Assembly (NCBI GenBank): GCA_964016885.1
Contig: OZ024746.1
Coordinates: 56,048,001-56,112,000, forward strand
Length of the DNA: 64,000 bases
From: Eledone cirrhosa
Taxonomy: Eukaryota
Direction: 5' to 3'
The notes under the pieces: model-generated
The model's input: only the letters and a program-made list of their open reading frames with translations
Told to the model about the DNA's origin: nothing
Database searches by the model: none
Translations under genes and position numbers: made by a program
Shown here: piece by piece, positions 55,313-64,000 of the stretch
Position numbering within the stretch: position 1 is the stretch's first letter
Layout of the letters: the number at the start of each line of letters is the position of its first letter

Positions 55313-55318
55313 AGTGGT

Positions 55319-55392
<74 letters not shown>

Positions 55393-55502
55393 AAGTAGTA
55401 GTAGCAGCAGCACCACTAATAGGTGTGGTAGTAGTAACAGTAGTAGTAGTGGTAGTATCGGTAATAATAGTAATAGTAGTAGCAGCTGCAGCAGTAATAG
55501 TG

Positions 55503-55554
<52 letters not shown>

Positions 55555-55593
55555 CAGCAGTAGTACTAGTATCATCAGCAGTAGTAGTAGTAG
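55313..55593. repeat. (AGT)n/(AGC)n microsatellite
   Basis: Direct inspection. Confidence 0.95.
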
Positions 55594-55971
55594 AGCTCTG
55601 ACTTTGTTACCATTCAATATTTTTCATGTCATCGTCAATGCCATCACGGTTATCTTCATTGTCATCTTCATGGATCATCAGCATCATCGCCACAATCATT
55701 GTAGTCAACCAAATGTTGTCTGCGCAGGTACGGATGTGTATGTATATCACCTTGATCACCTTGATCAACTTGACCGACCAGTCTATCGGGCGTCCATTCG
55801 GTGCCACTGAATATTATGTATATATATATAAACGTACATAATATGTGATTTGCACCTAGACATTTCCCCTCCGAAATATAAGTATGTTTGTAGAAGACCA
55901 CCACTTGTCGCTGTATACTGGTATACTGGTCTTCCTTCTCTATTCCACTAATGTGGCTCAAGAGAAAGGCA

Positions 55972-56102
55972 CTGGGTAAACTGGAACAAGTTGAAAAATA
56001 GGTATCTTGCTCAAGGACAAAATGCATCACACGATCAGCTTATCGAACTCAGAACTGCATCATTCGAAGTTCAACGCCCTAACGACAAAGCCATGCGTCT
56101 TC
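55972..56102 (-). mobile_element. Diverged Meta-type SINE
   Basis: actggaacaagttgaaa..tcttgctcaaggacaaaatgc..atcgaactc..ccctaac.ac.aagccatgcg. Confidence 0.65.
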
Positions 56103-57486
56103 ATATATATATATATATATATTGTGTGTGTTTGTATGTGTGTGGGCGTATGTGTGTATGCGTTTTTGTGTTTGTGCGTGGGTGTAAGCTCGTGGTTGAG
56201 TTTGGACCAAGTGGTATGTATATGCTTATACACATTTGCGTGTGTGTATGTGTGAGCATAAATTATATTGATGTATTTCCAATAGCGGTTCTTGTGTCTA
56301 AATTTTGAAAACGTTTAGAGCATGAAAGGCAGATGGGCATTTAAAAACGCATCATTGTACACGTTCAGCTGAACAGCAATTTAAATACACCACTACAACA
56401 CATCGAAAATTACTGCATTATACCTAGCATCACATCCACCATTACTGCTACGACAACATCAACACCATCATCGGAATCATTAGCTTTATGGACTGCGACC
56501 ATCAGACGAGAGCAGCGTAAGAAAAACACTTACTACTACAAGTAGCAGTAGTAGTAGTATTTTTATAACCATGGTGAGGAAACAAAAACACGCTACATCA
56601 ACATCAATAATTTGAACATCAACAATATCATCGCCAATATTAACAAAATCAATGACAAATAAGACAAATTCAACAACAAAAATTCCATCCTCATCAGCAA
56701 TAACACAAGTAGTAGCAACATCATTGATATCAGTAACATTAACAGCAGCATCAACAACAGTGACAACAACAACAATATCTCTGATAATGACACAAGCATG
56801 TGAATGCGATTTCGAGGAGCAAAAATACCCATCTAGATAAACTGCCAAGATACCGAATATTGTTAAATTATCCTTTAAATATTTCATTTTGGTTGTTGTT
56901 TTTAGTTGTTATCTTTGCTATTGTGCTTCTTGTTTCATTTTTATTTTGTTATTTGCTCTATTTTTATTGTATTGTTTTATCTAATTTGTGTTTTGTTCTC
57001 ATCGCCTCAATTGTTTTATATATTTCCATATCTAATGTTCATGAAAATGATTTGAAATCTGAATATCAGTTCAGTTAGTGTTAACATATATAATGAAATG
57101 ACCAATAGAATTTTTTAAAATACAGATAATTATGGAAATGAAAATGAACTGGAAACAGAATAATTGTATGTCCTCCAATGTTCAATGTTCTACTGAAATA
57201 AAGACATAGAAATTCGACAACACTCATTATTTTGTTAGATTGAAGAAAGTGAAAATTGTAACCTCAGTGATTAGATTTTAAGAAGTGTGAGACAGTGGAA
57301 CTAGAGACAGACAAAAAATATAAAATGGTTTCCATTGTATTGACCAATATATAACGAAATATTAACCCCTCTGACTCAGGATATTACCTTGCTGAAGACA
57401 TAGACAGGTAAAGGGGCCCAAGCTTAAAGCGGATGGTCGTAAAAAGAACATCAGAATATCAGCTTCATAACAGTGATGTAGTTAAT

Positions 57487-57675
57487 AATAATTGTATCTA
57501 CTTTTGGCACAAGGCCAGCAATTACCCAGTACATTACTGGTACTTTATTTTATCGACTCCCGTAAGGATGAAAGGCAAAGTTAACCTCGGCGGGATTTGA
57601 ACTTAGACTATGCAGGGACGTAAATCTGTACTTAAAAGCATGGCGCCCGAAACTCTACTGACACTGCCAATCCAT
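57487..57675 (-). mobile_element. Nin/Deu-domain tRNA SINE
   Basis: Full match to the family consensus. Confidence 0.88.
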
Positions 57676-57924
57676 AGGTAATGATAATGATGTAGATGAT
57701 GATACAAAAGAGGAGAGGGTGATGATGATGAGGAGGATGATGATGATGGTGATGTTGTGGGGTGATTGTAATGGAGCCTAGACGATGAAGGGGATTACAA
57801 TGATAACAAGGACGATGTTGATTGATGAGGAAGTCGAGACACATAGATGAAGACGCCTACACATATGGCGACTGACAAAGCAAAATACGACAAAAAAAAA
57901 GAAGCTTCTGCTGCGACTACATAT

Positions 57925-58302
57925 ATACGTATGCATATGCACACACCGATACAAACACACACACATACTCACACACACATATACGCACACACACATAGGC
58001 ACATAGATACATACACATACATACACACACATACACAGACGCAGCCACACATACACATACACATACACCCCCCCCCCCCCACACACACACAGGCACAGAC
58101 AAAACGTACATACACACACACATATACACGGAAACACACACCCCATGCATACAAAAACACACGCACACACACATATATACACATACACATACACAGTCAC
58201 ATACACAGCCACACACATACACATACACACACTCATATATACACATACACACGCGCGCACATACACAGACACATTCACAAACACACATTCACATACACAC
58301 AC

Positions 58303-58334
<32 letters not shown>

Positions 58335-58612
58335 TGAGACACATATATATAAAACACACACACAGGTATACATACACAAACACACACGCAAAGGCACACA
58401 CACACTGACACACACACAAATAATACACATATATTCACACACAATCACACACATACATTCATACTTATACACAAGCACGAACAAACACCACGCATGCACG
58501 TACACACAAATATATACACATATATTCACACACTGACATTTATACTTATACACAAGCACGAACAAACAGACCACGCATGCACGTACACACAAATATATAC
58601 AGACAAACACAT
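57925..58612. repeat. Degenerate (CA)n/(CATA) low-complexity tract with a terminal ~79-bp duplication
   Basis: His/Thr ORFs are artefacts; ..atacttatacacaagcacgaacaaaca..ccacgcatgcacgtacacacaaatatatac occurs twice at 58460-58600. Confidence 0.9.
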
Positions 58613-58886
58613 ATAAAGAAAAATGTTATTATTAAGTAGAAATCATTTTTTATTTTATGTTTTAATAAATACGAAATTCTTTCATATAATAAAAATTAAG
58701 GAAGCAGAATGATGATTTTTTTCTTTCCTATATATTTCAAAATTTTTATTGTACTTCAATTGTCCTTTTGCAATTCCTCCCCATTTAGTTTCGAGTGAAG
58801 TTTGTCGGAAATATGGTGACAGTACTACTCAAGTGACAAACTAGTCATTTTAATTAAAAAGAAAAACAACATCGTTATTATTTCCT

Positions 58887-59009
<123 letters not shown>

Positions 59010-59103
59010 TCCATCTCTCCCTCCACCTCTCTCTCTATATATATATATATATCTACATCCCTCCATCCCTCTCTCTGTCTCTTTCTCTCACTCCACCCCC
59101 ACG

Positions 59104-59148
<45 letters not shown>

Positions 59149-59979
59149 CTTTTGTTTTCGTTTTAAGGTTTTCGAAAATCAATCGAGAACAATTGTTAGT
59201 TGTTTCCGATTATCGATTTTCTTCCTGCGATATATATATTTACATTTTATTATTTTATATTTTTATAATACTGTAGTTGATTTTTTTTTTCTTTTTACGT
59301 TTTTCCTCTTTTTTTACGTCTTCTACACACGGTTTTAACATTCGTATTAATGTTTCTTCTTCTTCTTCTTCTTCTTCTTCTTCTTCTTCTTCTTCTTCTT
59401 CTTCTTCTTCTTCTTGTCTACTAATAATACTAAAAAATGGCAATTTATTATCTTGTGATTATTGCTTTTGTTGTAGTTGTTGTCACTTGTTCTTTTTGTT
59501 GTATTGAAGTTATTATATTCGCTGTTATTTAAACAGTTTAAAATGACGATGATGATAATAACCATATTCATTGCAGAATTCCTCATCGCCATCACCACAA
59601 CCACAATAATAATAATTATTATTATTTTTATTATTTTTATTGACGTAATCACTGTCGTTCCTATTGTTTTTGTGTCATGTGTTATGTGCGATGATTTGAT
59701 AAAGGGGGATTACGTATAACTTTTTTGCTGATGGTATAAAATATATAATTTGAAGATTGTTGGAAAAATTGTGTAGAATATAGTAAATATAACTAGAACA
59801 TAAATAAATATATAACTGTTGTCATAGAGGCGAGAAATAGGCACAATGTATTTAGAACGAAATAGTATCTATACTAATATCCAAACTGAAACCCCAAATT
59901 GACGAGAGACAAGAACTCAAAACTTAGTTGCTAACATTGTCATAGACAACACCCAGATGCTAACATATTCATTCATGGT

Positions 59980-62900
59980 GCAATATCTAGTTGTACAAAA
60001 CACACGTGTACAAAACATACGACAATACCTAGTTGATAACGTGTACAAAACACACGACAATACCTCGTTGATAACGTGTACAAAACATACTACAATACCT
60101 AGTTGATAACGTGTACAAAACATACTACAATACCTAGTTGATAACGTGTACAAAAACATACGACAATACCTAGTTGATAACGTGTACAAAACACACGACA
60201 ATACCTCGTTGAGAACGTGTACAAAACATACTACAATACCTAGTTGATAACGTGTACAAAACATACTACAATACCTAGTTGATAACGTGTACAAAACACA
60301 CTACAACACCCAGTTGATAACGTGTACGAAACACACTACAATACCTAGTTGATAACGTGTAAAAAACACACTACAACACCCAGTTGATAACGTGCACAAA
60401 ACAAACTACAATACCTAGTTGATAACGTGCATAAAACACACTACAACACCCAGTTAATAACGTGTACAAAACACAGTACAACACCCAGTTGATAACGTGT
60501 ACAAAACAAACTATAATACCTAGATGATAAGGGGGTACAACACACACTACAACACCCAGTTGATAACGTGTACAAAACACACTACAATACCTAGTTGATA
60601 ACGTGTACAAAACACACTACAACTCCCAGTTGATAACGTGTAAAAAACACACTACAACACCATGTTGATAACGTGTACAAAACACTCTACAACACAGTTG
60701 AAGACGTGTACAAAACACACTACAACACCCAGTTGATAACGTGGACAAACATACTACACCACCCAGTTGATAACGTGTACAAACCACCCTACAATACCTA
60801 GTTGAGAACGTGTACAAAACACTCTACAATAACCAGTTGATAACGTGTACAGAACACCCTACAGCACCCAGTTGATAACTTGTACAAAACACACTACAGC
60901 ACCCAGTTGATAACATGTACAAAACACACAACAATTCCTAGTTGATAACGTGTACAAACCACACTACAACACATAGTCGATAATTTGTACAAAACACACT
61001 ACAACCCACAGTTGATAACGTGTACAAATCACACTACAACACATAGTCGATAATGTGTACAAAACACACTACAACCCACAGTTGATAACGTGTATAAAAC
61101 TCACTACAATACCCAGTTGAAAACGCGTATAAATCACACTACAACACCCAATTGATAACGTGTACAAAACACACTACAACACACAGCTGATAACGTTTAC
61201 AAAACACAGTACAACAATTCGTTGATAACCTGTACAAATCAGACTACAACACCCAGTTGATAACGTGTACAAAATACACTACAACACCTAGTTGATAACG
61301 TTAACAAAACACACTACAACACACAGTTGGTAACATGTACAAAACACACTACAACACCTAGTTGATAACGTGTACAAAACACATAACAATACCTAGTTGA
61401 TAACATGTACAAAACACTCTACAACCCCAGTTGATAACGTGTACAAAACACACTACAACACCAAGTTGATAACGTGGACAAACATACTACACCACCCAGT
61501 TGATAACGTCTACAAACCACCCTACAATACCCAGTTGATAACGTGTACAGAACACAGTACAACACCCAGTTGATAACTTGTAATAAACACACTACAAGTC
61601 ACAGTTGATAACGTTTACGAAACACACTACAACACCTAGTTGATAACGTACAAAACACACTACAATACAGTTAATCACGTGTACCAAACACACTGCAACA
61701 CAAAGTTTATAACGTGTACAAAATACACTACAACACCTACTTGATAACATGTAAAAAACACTCTACAACCCCAGTTGATAACGTATACAAATCACACTAC
61801 AACACCCAGTTGATAACGTGTACAAAACACACTACAACACACAGTTGATAACGTGTACAAAACACACTATAACACCTAGTTAATAACGTCTACGAAACTC
61901 ACTACAATACACAGTTGATAACGTGCACAAACCACACTGCAACACCCAGTTGATAACGTGTACAAAACACACTACAACACCCAGTTGATAACGTGTACAA
62001 AACACACATCAATTCCTAGTTGATAACGTGTACAAAACACACTACAACACCTCGTTGATAACCTGTACAAATCAGACTACAACACCCAGTTGATAATGTG
62101 CACAAAATACACTACAACATATAGTTGATAATTTGTACAAAACACACTACAACACCTAGTTGATAACGTTGACAAAACACACTACAACACACAGTTGATA
62201 ACATGTACAAAACACACTACAACTCCTAGTTGATAACGTGTACAAAACACAGTACAATACCTAGTTGATAACATGTACAAAACACTCTACAACCCCAGTT
62301 TATAACGTATACAAATCACACTACAACACACAGTTGCTAACGTGTACAAACCACACTACAAACCTTAGTTGATAACGTGTACAAAACCCACTACAACACC
62401 CAGTTGATTACGTGTAGAAAACACACTACAACACCAAGTTGATAAGGTGTACAAAACACACTACAATACCCAGTTGATAAAGTGTACAAATCACACTACA
62501 AAACCCAGTTGATAACTTGTAGAAACCACACTACACCAAACAGTTTATAACGTTTACAAAACACAGTACAACAACCGGTTTGATAACCTGTACAAAACAC
62601 AGTACAACTCACAGTTAATAACGTTTACAAAACACACTACAACACCCAGTTGATAACGTGTACGAAACACACTACAATACCTAGTTGATAACGTGTAAAA
62701 AACACACTACAACACCCAGTTGATAACGTGCACAAAACAAACTACAATACCTAGTTGATAACGTGCATAAAACACACTACAACACCCAGTTAATAACGTG
62801 TACAAAACACAGTACAACACCCAGTTGATAACGTGTACAAAACAAACTATAATACCTAGATGATAAGGGGGTACAACACACACTACAACACCCAGTTGAT

Positions 62901-64000
62901 AACGTGTACAAAACACACTACAATACCTAGTTGATAACGTGTACAAAACACACTACAACTCCCAGTTGATAACGTGTAAAAAACACACTACAACACCATG
63001 TTGATAACGTGTACAAAACACTCTACAACACAGTTGAAGACGTGTACAAAACACACTACAACACCCAGTTGATAACGTGGACAAACATACTACACCACCC
63101 AGTTGATAACGTGTACAAACCACCCTACAATACCTAGTTGAGAACGTGTACAAAACACTCTACAATAACCAGTTGATAACGTGTACAGAACACCCTACAG
63201 CACCCAGTTGATAACTTGTACAAAACACACTACAGCACCCAGTTGATAACATGTACAAAACACACAACAATTCCTAGTTGATAACGTGTACAAACCACAC
63301 TACAACACATAGTCGATAATTTGTACAAAACACACTACAACCCACAGTTGATAACGTGTACAAATCACACTACAACACATAGTCGATAATGTGTACAAAA
63401 CACACTACAACCCACAGTTGATAACGTGTATAAAACTCACTACAATACCCAGTTGAAAACGCGTATAAATCACACTACAACACCCAATTGATAACGTGTA
63501 CAAAACACACTACAACACACAGCTGATAACGTTTACAAAACACAGTACAACAATTCGTTGATAACCTGTACAAATCAGACTACAACACCCAGTTGATAAC
63601 GTGTACAAAATACACTACAACACCTAGTTGATAACGTTAACAAAACACACTACAACACACAGTTGGTAACATGTACAAAACACACTACAACACCTAGTTG
63701 ATAACGTGTACAAAACACATAACAATACCTAGTTGATAACATGTACAAAACACTCTACAACCCCAGTTGATAACGTGTACAAAACACACTACAACACCAA
63801 GTTGATAACGTGGACAAACATACTACACCACCCAGTTGATAACGTCTACAAACCACCCTACAATACCCAGTTGATAACGTGTACAGAACACAGTACAACA
63901 CCCAGTTGATAACTTGTAATAAACACACTACAAGTCACAGTTGATAACGTTTACGAAACACACTACAACACCTAGTTGATAACGTACAAAACACACTACA
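59980..64000 (+). repeat. 35-bp satellite array (consensus ACGTGTACAAAACACACTACAACACCCAGTTGATA) with a 2336-bp higher-order repeat; continues past the window end
   Basis: CGTGTAC recurs every 35 bp; identical ORF-track translations at 60371/62707 and 60617/62953 (offset 2336); 62627-64000 repeats 60291-61664. Confidence 0.97.

Noticed and set aside
59980-64000. CRISPR array (35-bp periodic repeat with dyad symmetry)
   Set aside because: Monomers are contiguous with no unique spacers, there are no cas genes, and the context is eukaryotic

Overview
AT-rich eukaryotic, repeat-saturated DNA. The tRNA-derived Nin/Deu-domain and Meta-type SINEs and the extreme (TA)n/(CA)n density suggest a cephalopod (Octopus-like) genome, which is an inference. 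I can support no intact host gene; most ORF-track entries are microsatellite artefacts. The window holds decayed non-LTR retrotransposons (RTE, Tx1/L1, R4/Dong-like, CRE-like), a Helitron helicase remnant, more than 20 SINE copies or fragments, and a dense set of Penelope-like element (PLE) pieces. The main signal is a series of minimal type I hammerhead ribozyme motifs in PLE pseudo-LTRs, several with a palindromic TATATA stem III. These sit in fold-back inverted repeats next to (TA)n tracts. One PLE is inserted into the 3' end of another family's hammerhead, with a 13-bp target-site duplication. The last 4 kb is a 35-bp satellite with a 2336-bp higher-order repeat.
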